Of a DNA stretch of 64,000 nucleotides, positions 1 to 10,771 are shown one piece after another. The stretch's first letter is position 1; every line of letters begins with the position of its first letter. The notes beneath the pieces were generated by a model that was not told the DNA's origin, searched no databases, and saw only the letters and a list, made by a program, of their open reading frames with translations. Both the position numbers and the translations under genes were made by a program. Origin of the DNA: Candidatus Sericytochromatia bacterium (GTDB lineage Bacteria > Cyanobacteriota > Sericytochromatia > S15B-MN24 > JAQBPE01); NCBI GenBank assembly GCA_040400605.1, contig JBBAPZ010000017.1:2903-66902 (forward strand). Direction: 5' to 3'.

Positions 1-1106
1 GCGATTGCGGCGGCAGCGGTATGGGCAGTGCCGCACTGGCCGTCGTATCAATCTTCAACTGTGCGCCGGCTTGGTTCACAGACATCACTTCCAGCTTCAT
101 CGTTCCCGATAAAGCATTGCTCCCCACCTTTAACCCCATCACGTACTCCCACTTCTGACCCACCTGCGTAAAGGGGAAAGCCGTCGCATCCGCAACCGCC
201 GATGCTGATGCGGAAGGCCCCACAGACGGCATCACACTCGGTGAGGGATTGCCGGACGAAACCGGCGAGGGCGACACGACAGGGGCTAACGAAGGTCCAG
301 TGGAAACGTTCGGAACGGGCGTGCCAGAAGCATTACCCGGATTATAATCCTTCAATTCCAGGAGCGTGGTGGTCTTGCCCAGGGTCATTCCGGAGCCAAG
401 CAGCGTTCCCAAACTGGCTGGTGGTTTGTCGCTGCTGATGCTTTCTTTCACCATCCCAAGATCCTTCACCATCCACAAATTGAAATCAGCGGTGGTCCCC
501 CCTGAAACACTGCTGAATTTGGAACGCACCGCGTTCGGGTAAGTTCCGAAGGGAACGGTCACGGATTCTTTGGTGTTCTCGGGCGTCGTACTCGTGACCT
601 CTTGGGTACCGGACAGCACGGCGTTGATCTGCGCATACGGATTCCCACCCAAACGCGTGATGACCCGCTCAGCCTCCTGTGGCTTGCCAGCCAGATACGC
701 CACTTCAGTCTTGACCCTCACCCGCGCCCCAGTGGCCGTCAGCTCCAACACATCCAAGGTCAACACACCATCTACATCAAAATTACCAAGCTTGAACGTC
801 AGCTTGTATTCCCACTTCTGTCCCACCCGCGTAAAAGGAAATGCCGTCACCTCGTTCACCTCGGCATCCGTCGCAGGAGGCCCCGGCGTCGGCGTGGGGC
901 TCGGCGTGGGGCTCAGCCTCGGTGTCGGTGAGGCGGTTTTGATGGGCGAAGGCGACGCAGACGGCGACACAAGCGCAGAAACGGACGCAACAGGCGATTT
1001 GGAAAGCTTTTTACTCGGCGCAGACACAGGCGCAACCGTCACGTTACAAGCGTGGATCCCTATCCAGCCAAGCATCGCAACAACACCCATCCTGAATGCG
1101 CGCATC
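1..1106 (-). CDS. secreted/lipoprotein-like protein with two tandem homologous domains, partial (C-terminus runs off window start)
   Basis: Manual reverse translation gives MRAFRMGVVAMLGWIGIHAC signal/lipobox-like N-terminus. Start ATG at 1106 is preceded by a GGGGGAGG RBS. Two copies of a domain with the AFPFT(R/Q)VGQKWEY motif are joined by a Pro/Ser/Thr linker. Not in the ORF track because no stop lies inside the window. Confidence 0.55.
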
Positions 1107-1227
1107 GTGACCTCCCCCTACAACGCCTTATTGGCAGCATACCCGCCTGACATCACCCCCAAACCATCGAGCAACCAAAGGTTTCGCTACTCAGGCGTGC
1201 GCACTGACTGGCGCCTGACGCTGCGCA

Positions 1228-1740
1228 TCAGTGGCGGTGAGGCGCAGCGCCCGGAGGGGCGATCGCCTGACAAGGCTCGCACAGGCCCAAAAACTCCAAC
1301 CGATGCTGCTCAATGCGAAACCGTGACTGCGCCGTCAACACCTGCTCGATCAAATCCATACCCGGGCAATGGACCTCTTCAATACTGCCACAATGTCGAC
1401 AAACCAAATTATGGTGACAGTGCTGCAATTGATGCCGCTGACAATCGTGCTCGGGCGCCAGGTGACACTTTCGAAACTTGCCGGTGGAAAGCACCTTGTG
1501 CGCGAGATCATTTTCCTCAAGCGTCTGCAAAATACGATATACACTCACGACATCGCCTTTCTCACCCGTCGCGCGAATCGCTTCGGCAATCTCATAAGGC
1601 GATAAAGGTTGCAGCGCCGCATCCAGCACATCCAGCACCAAGCGACGCGGACGCGTCTGGCGGAAACCGCGCGCCTTCAAAAGCGCCATGGCCTGCTCAG
1701 GATATGACATATCCCATTGTAACAGGAACTCGTGCGTCAC
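1228..1740 (-). CDS. Fur-family metalloregulator (Fur/Zur/PerR-like)
   Basis: N-terminal winged-helix region plus HHNLVCRHCGSIEEV and CEPC metal-site motifs typical of the Fur family. The start may be an internal Met (MSYPEQ...). Confidence 0.8.
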   Translation of the reverse strand: MTHEFLLQWDMSYPEQAMALLKARGFRQTRPRRLVLDVLDAALQPLSPYEIAEAIRATGEKGDVVSVYRILQTLEENDLAHKVLSTGKFRKCHLAPEHDCQRHQLQHCHHNLVCRHCGSIEEVHCPGMDLIEQVLTAQSRFRIEQHRLEFLGLCEPCQAIAPPGAAPHRH

Positions 1741-2960
1741 TCATACCGCAAGGCATCCACGGGATCAAGACGCGCCGCCTGGTTGGCCGGATAAGCGCCA
1801 AAAAATACACCGACCGCAGCCGAGAAAACAAACGCGCCACAAACCGCCAGTGACGAGAACACAAACGGCAACTGCACAAGCCGCGCAACCGAAAAAGTCG
1901 CCAACAAACCCAGCAAAATACCCAAAGTCCCCCCGGCCAGGCTGATCGTCGCGGATTCCAGCAAAAATTGCGCCAAAATGTCCCGATGACGGGCTCCCAA
2001 TGCCTTGCGAATTCCAATTTCACGGGTACGTTCCGTCACCGACACCAACATGATGTTCATGATGCCAATACCACCCACCAACAACGAAATGGCCGCAATC
2101 CCAGCCAACAGTATCGTGAAAGCCGACGTCACCACGCCAATCGTTGACAGCAACTCCGACTGCGTCTGAATCTTGAAATCCGAATCCTCGTCCGGACGAA
2201 TGGCGTGGCGCTGACGCAAAATGGTGCTGACCTGGTTCTGAAGAACCGGCAGCAACTCATCACTTCCTGATTTGATGAAAATGGAATTGATGCGCTCGCC
2301 ACCTTTTAACAAACTCTGAAACGTCCGCGTCGGCATAATGGCCTGCTCATCCGTGGAACCAAACAACCCACCGCCTTGCTCCTCAAGCACCCCAATCACC
2401 CGAAAACGCTGCCCCTCAATGCGCACCTTGTCTCCTAGCGGCTCACGCAAAGTATTGACGAAAAGATCCTGTGCCAACTTACGCCCAAGCACGATCACCC
2501 GCGCACCCGTGCGTGCCTCTTGATCGTTAAAAAATCGACCGCTGCGCAGTTTGAACCCCCGCGCCACAGCCAGACTGGGACTCGTGCCAAGCACCATGCC
2601 GCCCACTGCATTCTTGTCAACCTTCAAGACCGCCTGAATGAATGCATTGGGTGAGACATAGCTGATACCGGGAATCGATTCAAGCGCCCGCGCGTCATTC
2701 AAGGTAAGGGTCATCGCCGTGGTCGTGCCGGGAGGACCAAACGACTTTTGGGTTTTGGGATTGCCCGGGGTGACAATCAACACACCCGCACCAAGTCCTC
2801 GCACCTGTTCCGTAATGTAGGCCTGTGACCCCTGCCCCATGCCAATCATCACGATGACCGAAAAAACGCCAATGATCATGCCCAACATGGTCAGCGCGCT
2901 TCGCACCTTGTTAAGCACCAAGGCCTCAAAGGCCATGCCAAAATACTTGCTGAACCTCAT
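1737..2960 (-). CDS. ABC transporter permease, MacB/FtsX family
   Basis: N-terminal TM helix, large periplasmic domain and C-terminal FtsX-like 3-TM bundle. The likely true start MRFSKYFG overlaps the stop of the upstream ATPase. The track ORF extends to 3035. Confidence 0.8.
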   Translation of the reverse strand: MRFSKYFGMAFEALVLNKVRSALTMLGMIIGVFSVIVMIGMGQGSQAYITEQVRGLGAGVLIVTPGNPKTQKSFGPPGTTTAMTLTLNDARALESIPGISYVSPNAFIQAVLKVDKNAVGGMVLGTSPSLAVARGFKLRSGRFFNDQEARTGARVIVLGRKLAQDLFVNTLREPLGDKVRIEGQRFRVIGVLEEQGGGLFGSTDEQAIMPTRTFQSLLKGGERINSIFIKSGSDELLPVLQNQVSTILRQRHAIRPDEDSDFKIQTQSELLSTIGVVTSAFTILLAGIAAISLLVGGIGIMNIMLVSVTERTREIGIRKALGARHRDILAQFLLESATISLAGGTLGILLGLLATFSVARLVQLPFVFSSLAVCGAFVFSAAVGVFFGAYPANQAARLDPVDALRYE

Positions 2961-3724
2961 AAACCAGCCTGCCTCGGCACAAGACGCACATCCTCGATTA
3001 CACGTCCATCCTGCATCCGTATCTGACGACCACAACAGGCTGCAACATCCGGTTCGTGGGTCACAATCACCATCGTGACGCCCTGACGGTTTAAATCCTG
3101 AAAAAGGGCCATAATTTCTTCACCCGTTCGTGTATCGAGCGCACCGGTCGGTTCATCCGCGAGAATCAAGCTGGGACGATTGACCACCGCCCGCGCGATC
3201 GCCACACGCTGCTTCTGACCACCGGAAAGCTCATTGGGGCGGTTGTGCAGGCGATCGCCCAAACCCACGCGCTCAAGCGCCGCACGGGCCCGCGCCTCAC
3301 CTTCCTTCGCACCAACACCCGCATAAATCAGCGGCAACGCCACGTTCTTTAACGCAGAATAACGCGCCAGCAACTGAAAACTCTGAAAAACAAATCCAAT
3401 CTGCCGGTTGCGCGCCCGCGCCAATTCATCATCACCCAACGTCGATACCCGCTCGCCCGACAAAAAGTAAGCACCGGATGTCGGACGATCCAGACACCCA
3501 ATCACGTTCATCAAAGTCGACTTACCCGTCCCGGATGCACCGACAATGGCCACCATCTCACCCGGCGCCACCACCAGACTCACATCCCGCAGCGCATGAT
3601 ATGGAACTGCGCCACCATAGACCTTGTTGATGGCTTCCAAGGCGATGACCGGTTCCGTCACGCCCACATCCTCACGGCTTGGGTGTTTCAACAACGGGTG
3701 CCTTCCAAACGATGCGATCGCCAA
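2957..3724 (-). CDS. ABC transporter ATP-binding protein (MacB/LolD-like)
   Basis: Walker [10 protein letters not shown], signature [14 protein letters not shown], Walker B ILADEPT, H-loop. The start may be an internal GTG (VTEPVIALE) near 3658. Confidence 0.85.
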   Translation of the reverse strand: MAIASFGRHPLLKHPSREDVGVTEPVIALEAINKVYGGAVPYHALRDVSLVVAPGEMVAIVGASGTGKSTLMNVIGCLDRPTSGAYFLSGERVSTLGDDELARARNRQIGFVFQSFQLLARYSALKNVALPLIYAGVGAKEGEARARAALERVGLGDRLHNRPNELSGGQKQRVAIARAVVNRPSLILADEPTGALDTRTGEEIMALFQDLNRQGVTMVIVTHEPDVAACCGRQIRMQDGRVIEDVRLVPRQAGL

Positions 3725-4955
3725 GCTGCAAACCGGCTCGCACCTCCAGATGCGATAACGTGCTCACACCAGGCGTGATCGCCACGGCTTCGGGTCGGCC
3801 CTCCCGGACAACCGATACCGTCACCGCATCCCCCTCCCGACGAACAGCCCCGAGCGGTACCGCCAAAACATCCGGATGCGTCGCTGTTACAATTCGCACA
3901 TCACCACTCATGCCCGGTCGCACCACCCCACTCGGATCACTGAAATCAACATAAACCGGAAACACTTGCACATTGTTGGCCGTCGACGTGCTCGCCCGAC
4001 CAATGTCCCCAATCACACCTGCAAACTGTCGCTCCGGCAACGCATCGAAGGTGATCGAAACCGCACCGCCCCCACGCAATTTAGGAAGATCAAGCTCATC
4101 CACCGGCAAACGCATCCGCAAATGCGCCAGATCCTGATACACCCCGATCGCCATACCCGGCGTCAACAAAGCCCCCACTTCCGTATCCCAAGCCGTCACC
4201 GTGCCATCAAAAGGCGCCCGCAAAACCGTATCTGCCACAGCCTTTTGCGCCAATGCCAATGCAGCGCGCCGCTCGACTTCCAACTGCGTCTCGACCACCT
4301 TCGCCTGCGTCAACTGATTGCGCGCCTGCAACACCTCAGAACCTGCTTCAAGACGGTCGAGATTGTCTTGGGCCAAACTCACATCCCAACGCGCTTGCTG
4401 CAACTGTTGTTTCAAATTGGACAACGCCTGTTCACTCACACCCCCCGCCTTGGCCAATAGCGACTGTCTGCCCCATTCAGCTTCCAAAAACCGCAACTGC
4501 GCCTGACTCTTCGCCCTTTGCGTCCGCGCGGTGGCCAATTGCAACACCTGACGCTTTTGGGCATCCACCAGACTGGCTTGGGCCACCGTCAAGGCCGTCT
4601 GTGCCCTCGCCTGCTGAGAATCCCAATTGGCCCGTAACTGCGACAACTGTAACCGCGCCATCCGCCCATCCAGACGCAACAGCGGGTCACCACGCTTCGC
4701 ACGCCCGCCCTCATTCACCAAGAACGCTTCCACCTTAAGCGCCGCTTCCGCCTTCAAAGGCACCACACGCAACGATTCAACCGCCCCACTGACCTCGACA
4801 ATCTCTTCCAGGGTGCGGCGCTCAACCGGAATGGTGGGAACCGTCTGCGCACCCTGCCACAACCAAAAGCCACCCCCAACGCCCACGAGCGTCACGGATA
4901 CCAAACCCAGCCGCCACAACCATTGGCGTCCTGCTTGCCCTCGTTTGAACATCAA
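3672..4955 (-). CDS. HlyD-family membrane fusion protein (MacA-like periplasmic adaptor)
   Basis: N-terminal TM anchor, long coiled-coil hairpin and beta-barrel/lipoyl domains. First gene of a co-directional MFP-ATPase-permease operon. Confidence 0.8.
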   Translation of the reverse strand: MMFKRGQAGRQWLWRLGLVSVTLVGVGGGFWLWQGAQTVPTIPVERRTLEEIVEVSGAVESLRVVPLKAEAALKVEAFLVNEGGRAKRGDPLLRLDGRMARLQLSQLRANWDSQQARAQTALTVAQASLVDAQKRQVLQLATARTQRAKSQAQLRFLEAEWGRQSLLAKAGGVSEQALSNLKQQLQQARWDVSLAQDNLDRLEAGSEVLQARNQLTQAKVVETQLEVERRAALALAQKAVADTVLRAPFDGTVTAWDTEVGALLTPGMAIGVYQDLAHLRMRLPVDELDLPKLRGGGAVSITFDALPERQFAGVIGDIGRASTSTANNVQVFPVYVDFSDPSGVVRPGMSGDVRIVTATHPDVLAVPLGAVRREGDAVTVSVVREGRPEAVAITPGVSTLSHLEVRAGLQLGDRIVWKAPVVETPKP

Positions 4956-5044
4956 TTACCCCATCTCGTCGGACGCAACCATCATACACCCAACGAAACA
5001 CTCGCACCGGCCTGCCTGTCCGGTGCGAGCACAAAATTGTTGTC

Positions 5045-5389
5045 CTACTTTTGCTGCATCACCCATTGCGCGATGGCTTTCGCATCCGCCTCGGATATCT
5101 GCGGATACCCAGGCATCGGAATGGAACCAAACGAGCCGGCACCACCCTTGCGAATCTTGGTGGCCAGTTTGGCGATCGCCTTGCCATCCTTGGCATACTT
5201 GGCCGCAACAACCCCATAATTCGGCCCCATTTTCTTCGGCTCGGATGCACCAATGCCGTGACAGGCAAAGCAGGCATTCTTTTGCGCGATGGCCTTGCCA
5301 TCACGAGCTTCCGCCGCAGCTGTCCCCCACGTGACACCAGCCACAAGCACCACAGCCGCCAGCAAACGCGTACAAATTGTTGAATGCAT
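5045..5389 (-). CDS. class I c-type cytochrome (c551/c552-like), secreted
   Basis: Signal peptide, single CFACH haem-binding motif and a distal Met (PMPGY). Confidence 0.8.
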   Translation of the reverse strand: MHSTICTRLLAAVVLVAGVTWGTAAAEARDGKAIAQKNACFACHGIGASEPKKMGPNYGVVAAKYAKDGKAIAKLATKIRKGGAGSFGSIPMPGYPQISEADAKAIAQWVMQQK

Positions 5390-5628
5390 TGTCGAAACTC
5401 CTTGTTTTCAAACGGTGGGCAAGCCAGTTCATCACCCGGCACGCCAGGACTCCCGTAATATACCCGAACCGCAAAAAAGTACCATCCACGGATGGTGCAA
5501 CATTCAAAACGGATATTTGTACACTCAAGCAATTTATACCGCAAGACCAATGATTCATCGTTCGCTCGAAGTGATTTCAAGCGGGTTTCCGGGACTGGCA
5601 ACGTTTTGGTCAGTCTGAATACTCGAAG

Positions 5629-5652
5629 CCAGTTTCTTAAGTGATCACGCAT
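5629..5652 (+). promoter_or_regulatory. recurring motif TTTCTTAAGTGATCACGCATG (copy 1, upstream of panE)
   Basis: One of three near-identical 18-20-nt motifs with a GTGATCAC palindromic core. Each is oriented with its downstream gene and lies ~100-120 nt before the start. Confidence 0.4.
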
Positions 5653-5769
5653 GATTCAATACGATTGGGTATCAAACTCACTCCAGGCGCGTTCGGGATG
5701 GCGTGGGCGAATGCGTTGCGGGCGCGTAGAATGAAACCTGCGCGCGTGACGACAGAAAGAGGTCCTGGC

Positions 5770-6726
5770 GTGTTCAACAATCAGCCGACATCCGTCTACA
5801 TTGTGGGAGCAGGTGCGATCGGCCTTTACCTTGGCGCCCACCTGTCAGCCATTGCACATGTAACCCTCGTCGCGCGCGAGCCACGCGCGAGCCAACTCGA
5901 AACTGACGGTTTCACCCTCGCCGGAGCAGACACCGGGCATTACCGTTTGCCCATTCAACGGGTAAACAGTGCGCTCGTCATCCCTCCGGATGCGCTGGTA
6001 TTACTGGCAGTCAAGGCGACCGATCTCGAAAAACTGGTCGGACCACTCAGCCACATCCTTCACCCCGGACAAGCGGTCGGCTTGTTGCAAAACGGTTTGG
6101 GCGTCCACAAATTCGTTTCGACATACCTGCCCCATTGCCGCATGGTTCGAATCACCTGCTGGGTCGGTGTCAACCTGCAGACGCCGCGTGAAGCCGTGGT
6201 TGCTGGCGCACCGTTGTTTGAACTGGGCGTGGACCACCCCAATTGCAAAGACACTGAGGACAATTTCCTCAAATTGTTCAACCTCGCCAACTTGCGCGCG
6301 CGCGTCTCAGGAACTGTCGCTGAAGTTGAGTGGCGCAAAGCGCTGCTCAACCTGGCGGTCAGCGGCATTTGCTCGTTGGTGGACGAACGCAACGGGGCCA
6401 TCCTCGAATCACCGGAACTCCGTGAACTGGTCGAACAAATCCTGGAAGAGGCCTTGCCCGTCGCGCACGCCGAAGGCGTCGTGCTCGGAGCCGATGATAT
6501 CGAACGGGTCTTTACCGCCTTGCACAACACCCGCCACAATTGGAATGCCTTGTTGCAGGACCTCCGTCGCGGCCTTGATACGGAAATGCCCTTTCTCAAC
6601 GCAGCGGTGGAGCGCTTTGCCAAACGTCACAAGCTGCATGCCCCCGTTAATGGGGCGATCGCCCGATTAATCGCTCACGTGGCAAGGCGACAATCCCGCA
6701 CGGAAAGCCTCACACGGGCACACTGA
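5770..6726 (+). CDS. panE: 2-dehydropantoate 2-reductase (ketopantoate reductase, PanE/ApbA family)
   Basis: Rossmann motif IVGAGAIGLYLGAHL close to the proposed GTG start, which has a GAAAGAGG RBS 8 nt upstream. PanE C-terminal domain. The track ORF begins at 5641, so the start is uncertain. Confidence 0.65.
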   Translation: MFNNQPTSVYIVGAGAIGLYLGAHLSAIAHVTLVAREPRASQLETDGFTLAGADTGHYRLPIQRVNSALVIPPDALVLLAVKATDLEKLVGPLSHILHPGQAVGLLQNGLGVHKFVSTYLPHCRMVRITCWVGVNLQTPREAVVAGAPLFELGVDHPNCKDTEDNFLKLFNLANLRARVSGTVAEVEWRKALLNLAVSGICSLVDERNGAILESPELRELVEQILEEALPVAHAEGVVLGADDIERVFTALHNTRHNWNALLQDLRRGLDTEMPFLNAAVERFAKRHKLHAPVNGAIARLIAHVARRQSRTESLTRAH

Positions 6727-6773
6727 AGAATCGACGCCCTACAGCCACGCGCAGGTGCCTGTTCAAAACTTGT

Positions 6774-6860
6774 CGATACAGCGACGCATCGGTTTTCATT
6801 CAAAACCTGAGTGGCAAACTCAAAACATCAGGCACGGACTCGTTGTTTGTGACCTCACCA
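6774..6860 (+). mobile_element. MITE-like repeat family copy A (3' part degenerate)
   Basis: CGATACAGCGACGCATCGGTTTTCATTCAAAACCTGAGTGGCAAACTCAAAACATCAGGCAC... shares more than 80% identity with five other copies in the window. Confidence 0.6.
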
Positions 6861-6985
6861 CCCGAAGAGACCGGTGATTGCCCCTTGATTTGCGTTCCCC
6901 ACCGGTGAGCCTGGCAGATACTGGAACAATCGGCTTCGTGTTAGCATGGCGTTGGGCTTGAAGTTTTGAGGGTGGGGAGCAGACC

Positions 6986-7417
6986 GTGCAGAATTTTGCC
7001 AGTCAATGGGGTGCGATCGATCACGTGGGCATCGCGGTAAACGACCTTGCGAAGGCCCTGGAGTTCTATGTGAAGGTGTTAGGGCTTGATACGCCGACGA
7101 TTGAAGAAGTGGCGGATCAGAAGGTTAAAACAGCCATCTTTCCCACGAACGGTGGCCGTATCGAGTTACTCGAAACAACTGATCCAGACGGCCCAATTGC
7201 CAAATTCATTGCCAAACGCGGCGAAGGCATTCACCACGTTGCCTTGCGTGTCGACGATTTGGAGACCAAGTTAGCCGAACTCGCCAAGCAAGGGGTTCGT
7301 TTGATTGATACCAAACCACGCATCGGTGCAGGTGGCCATCTCATCGCATTCATTCACCCTGCCGCAACCGGCGGGGTCCTGCTTGAACTCTGCCAGCATC
7401 AAACGAGTCAAGCCTGA
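6986..7417 (+). CDS. methylmalonyl-CoA epimerase / VOC (glyoxalase) family protein
   Basis: IDHVGIAV...GEGIHHVAL motifs of the MCE/glyoxalase fold, ~140 aa. Confidence 0.7.
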   Translation: MQNFASQWGAIDHVGIAVNDLAKALEFYVKVLGLDTPTIEEVADQKVKTAIFPTNGGRIELLETTDPDGPIAKFIAKRGEGIHHVALRVDDLETKLAELAKQGVRLIDTKPRIGAGGHLIAFIHPAATGGVLLELCQHQTSQA

Positions 7418-7606
7418 TACACCACAGCCATTCGTGCCCTTGGGACGAACAATCAAACAAGCGGTCGATTTTGAGCGTACAACGCTTTTTCTGGCACCCT
7501 GTTTCCGCTTTGTGCTAGAATCCAACGTTTTGGGATTGCCTGATTGCGGTCAGTTTCCGAAGTGACGCTGGATATGGGTGTATTGTGAAATGGAGAACGG
7601 GTTTCG

Positions 7607-8746
7607 ATGAAGATTCACGAGTACCAGGGCAAACTGTTGATGGAAAAGTATCAGATTCCCACCACCAAGGGCAGCGTTGCGGACAATCCGGCGGATGCAA
7701 AGCGTATCGCGCAAGAAATCGGACGCAAAGTGGCCGTTAAGGCCCAGGTGCATGTCGGGGGTCGCGGGAAGGCGGGCGGCATCAAGATCGCCAACACGCC
7801 GGAAGAAGCTTACGAGGCGGCCAAAGCCATTCTTGGGATGAACATCAAGGGTTTGACGGTTAAAAAGGTGCTGGTCGAAGAAGCTGTGGATATTGCCACG
7901 GAGTATTATCTTGGCATGTTGGTGGATCGTGACAGCAAACGGGTCATCGTGATGGCCTCTGCGGAGGGTGGTGTCGAAATCGAGGAAGTCGCGGAGCGAT
8001 CGCCTGAGAAAATTGCAAAAGTATGGGTTGACCCCGCTGTCGGTCTCCAGGATTATCAAATTCGTCAACTGATTTTCGGGGCGGGTTTCGATCGCCGTTA
8101 TGTGAAAGAAGCAACGAGCTTCCTGCGTCATCTTTATGCGTGCATGATTGGCGCGGATGCAGACCTCGCAGAAATCAACCCGCTGGCCATCACGCAGGAT
8201 GGGCGAATGATTGCAGCGGATGCCAAGATCAACATCGACGAGAACAGCCTGTTCCGCCACCCGGATCTCGCAGGCTGGAAAGAGTCCGAAGATGGCCACG
8301 AAATCGAAGAAGAAGCGACCAGGCGGGGACTGACTTTCGTTCATCTCGGTGGCAACATCGGCATCATCGGAAATGGCGCCGGCCTCGTGATGACGAGTTT
8401 GGACGTGGTCAACCGTGAAGGCGGTAAACCTGCCAATTTCCTGGACATCGGTGGCGGCGCGAAAGCCGATGTGGTGAAGAATGCGTTGGAAATCGTGCTG
8501 ATGGAAGAAGGCCTCCAAGGCATCATGATCAATATTTTTGGTGGAATCACCCGCTGTGATGAGGTAGCCCGTGGCATCATCCATGCGACCGAAGGAATGG
8601 AGTTAAACATCCCTGTGGTCGTGCGTTTGTCAGGTACGGAAGAAGAAGCTGGCAGACGCATCCTGGAAGGCAGTGCCAAGTTCACCCCTGCCGCCAGCAT
8701 GCAGGAAGCGGCCCAAAAAGTGGTGTCACTGGCCGGCTTGAGATAA
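7607..8746 (+). CDS. sucC: succinate--CoA ligase [ADP-forming] beta subunit
   Basis: Canonical N-terminus MKIHEYQGK..., ATP-grasp fold, full length 379 aa. Confidence 0.95.
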   Translation: MKIHEYQGKLLMEKYQIPTTKGSVADNPADAKRIAQEIGRKVAVKAQVHVGGRGKAGGIKIANTPEEAYEAAKAILGMNIKGLTVKKVLVEEAVDIATEYYLGMLVDRDSKRVIVMASAEGGVEIEEVAERSPEKIAKVWVDPAVGLQDYQIRQLIFGAGFDRRYVKEATSFLRHLYACMIGADADLAEINPLAITQDGRMIAADAKINIDENSLFRHPDLAGWKESEDGHEIEEEATRRGLTFVHLGGNIGIIGNGAGLVMTSLDVVNREGGKPANFLDIGGGAKADVVKNALEIVLMEEGLQGIMINIFGGITRCDEVARGIIHATEGMELNIPVVVRLSGTEEEAGRRILEGSAKFTPAASMQEAAQKVVSLAGLR

Positions 8747-8796
8747 ACCGGTATTGGACCAAGAACCCATCACAATCACGCTGAGGAGCAAGTTTT

Positions 8797-9681
8797 ATGA
8801 GTATACTGGTCAACAAGCAGACCAAGCTGTTGGTGCAGGGCATCACGGGTCGTGAGGGTGCCTTTCACACGCAGAAGATGATCGAAGCCGGCACCCAGGT
8901 GGTAGCAGGCGTTACGCCGGGCAAGGGTGGCACACTTGACGCGAACGGGGTACCCATTTTCGATACGGTTGCGCAGGCGGTAGCCGCAACAGGCGCCAAT
9001 GCAAGCATTATTTTCGTGCCGCCGCCATTTGCGGCGGATGCGATGCTGGAATCGTTTGACGCGTTTGTGCCGTTGGTTGTGTGTATCACGGAAGGCATTC
9101 CTATTCATGACATGATCCGGGTCCACGATCGCCTGAAAACGAGTCAATCACGCTTGATTGGCCCCAACTGCCCTGGTTTGATCACCCCAGGCGAGGCCAA
9201 GCTTGGCATTATGCCCGCCCACATTTTCAAGCGCGGTAACGTCGGTATGATCAGCCGGTCCGGAACCCTTACTTATGAACTGGTTGCAGAGTTGTCGAGT
9301 CGAGGGCTCGGTATCTCGACGTGTGTGGGCATTGGTGGTGATCCCATCATCGGAACGCCGTTCATCGACTGCCTCAAACTTTTTGAGTCGGATCCCGAAA
9401 CAGAACTCGTGGTCATGGCCGGCGAAATCGGCGGGTCAGATGAAGAGACTGCCGCTGACTACATCAAATCGATGACCAAACCTGTTGTGGCCTTCATTTC
9501 CGGCCGAACAGCGCCGCCTGGCAAGCGCATGGGGCACGCGGGAGCGATCGTTTCAGGCAACAAGGGCACCGCTGAGGCAAAGGTCAAGGCACTGAGCGAA
9601 GCAGGCGTTCCTATTCCATTGAGAACGTATGAGGTGATCGACGAAGTCGAAAAACAGCTCAAACAGCTCGCCAAAGTGTAA
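8797..9681 (+). CDS. sucD: succinate--CoA ligase alpha subunit
   Basis: CoA-binding Rossmann N-terminus and the catalytic-His region (SRSGTLTYE). Directly downstream of sucC. Confidence 0.95.
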   Translation: MSILVNKQTKLLVQGITGREGAFHTQKMIEAGTQVVAGVTPGKGGTLDANGVPIFDTVAQAVAATGANASIIFVPPPFAADAMLESFDAFVPLVVCITEGIPIHDMIRVHDRLKTSQSRLIGPNCPGLITPGEAKLGIMPAHIFKRGNVGMISRSGTLTYELVAELSSRGLGISTCVGIGGDPIIGTPFIDCLKLFESDPETELVVMAGEIGGSDEETAADYIKSMTKPVVAFISGRTAPPGKRMGHAGAIVSGNKGTAEAKVKALSEAGVPIPLRTYEVIDEVEKQLKQLAKV

Positions 9682-9901
9682 TTCCGCTTAAACGCATAAC
9701 TGGTTTCAGATGATGGGGTGCGCAAGAACAATCATGCGCACCCTTGCTGTATCTTGGGCAATAATGGACCTAAACAGTAAATTTTGATTATAATTTGATA
9801 AATTTACGCATAAATGATCAAGTGACTGTCGATAAGGTCTTTGGAAGAAGTAGCGCGTCAAGCGAAGCGATTGTGCCCCGAGCCCACGGAGAGACGTTTC
9901 A

Positions 9902-10414
9902 ATGAACAAGATGTTTGCCAGATATGCAGGGTGGTTGGGAACGGCATCCATGATTGTGCTTGCGGGTTGTGGTCGAGCGGCGACAGATGGGCAGGAGACC
10001 TTGATCTTGACGACGCTGGAGCGTCCGGCCTCAACCAAGACGGGTGTGATTGTCGACGGGCGTTGGTATCCCGCTGGCGAGGAGCCCATTGTGGAGGTAA
10101 CGCCACCGCCTGCAACCCCGCAAGCGGGTCGGGGGCACTTGCGGATGTTGGTTAATCTTAAAAAGTTGAGTGGGTTCGCCACGGCGATCACATTGAACGT
10201 ATCGACCAGCGAAAGCAAAGAATCGGTGATGACGATCAGATGGCAAGACGATCTGCGTCGTCGTGGCATCCAAACGGAATATACGGTCGAAAATCTCGCA
10301 CCAGGCGAATACGTGCTTGAGTTAAAAGAATTCAACGCCAGTGGCGGTTTCATTCGTTCTCACAAAAGCACCGGCAAGGTTGTTGCAGATTCCAGCCAAG
10401 AAACCCGTATCTAG
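9902..10414 (+). CDS. hypothetical lipoprotein
   Basis: Signal peptide with LAGC lipobox and no recognisable domain. A stem-loop follows at 10427-10470. Confidence 0.5.
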   Translation: MNKMFARYAGWLGTASMIVLAGCGRAATDGQETLILTTLERPASTKTGVIVDGRWYPAGEEPIVEVTPPPATPQAGRGHLRMLVNLKKLSGFATAITLNVSTSESKESVMTIRWQDDLRRRGIQTEYTVENLAPGEYVLELKEFNASGGFIRSHKSTGKVVADSSQETRI

Positions 10415-10771
10415 ACGAGTGAACCAAGGCTTGAGGCCAGCGTGCTGTCTGCCCGCTGGCCTCAAGTCTTGCTCCGTGCGCCAGGCATGATTTTGCCCAA
10501 GAATGATCGTGAGAGGATGTCGCGATGGTCTGCGGCATTGAATCAGACGCACTGTCGAATACCGATCATATATTTATGATGGTGATCACATCGATTATGT
10601 TATAATCCCGCTAAAGTGATTATGTTATGCCAACACACCCGTGATGGTCTGACAGATGCACGGATGGTGCGTCTGATAAAGGGGTTATCGATGATTTGGC
10701 TTGTCGTGACTCCCGGAGATCATCGCGTCCGGGCGCGCCTGAACCTGATTGATTGAGGGGGAATATCTCGG

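Noticed and set aside
570-1853. 427-aa plus-strand ORF
   Set aside because: Low-complexity translation (GVGLGVGLSLGVG..., many Ser/Thr/Pro). It lies antisense to two well-supported minus-strand genes (the secreted tandem-domain protein and the Fur-family regulator). It is a typical high-GC antisense ORF.
5059-5652. 197-aa minus-strand ORF overlapping the cytochrome c gene
   Set aside because: Alternative frame of the region encoding a bona fide CxxCH cytochrome. Arg-rich composition typical of out-of-frame GC-rich sequence.
7485-7505. Sigma54-like TGGCAC-N5-TTCCG upstream of sucC
   Set aside because: The -12 element reads TTCC rather than TTGC. A single weak match with no corroboration.
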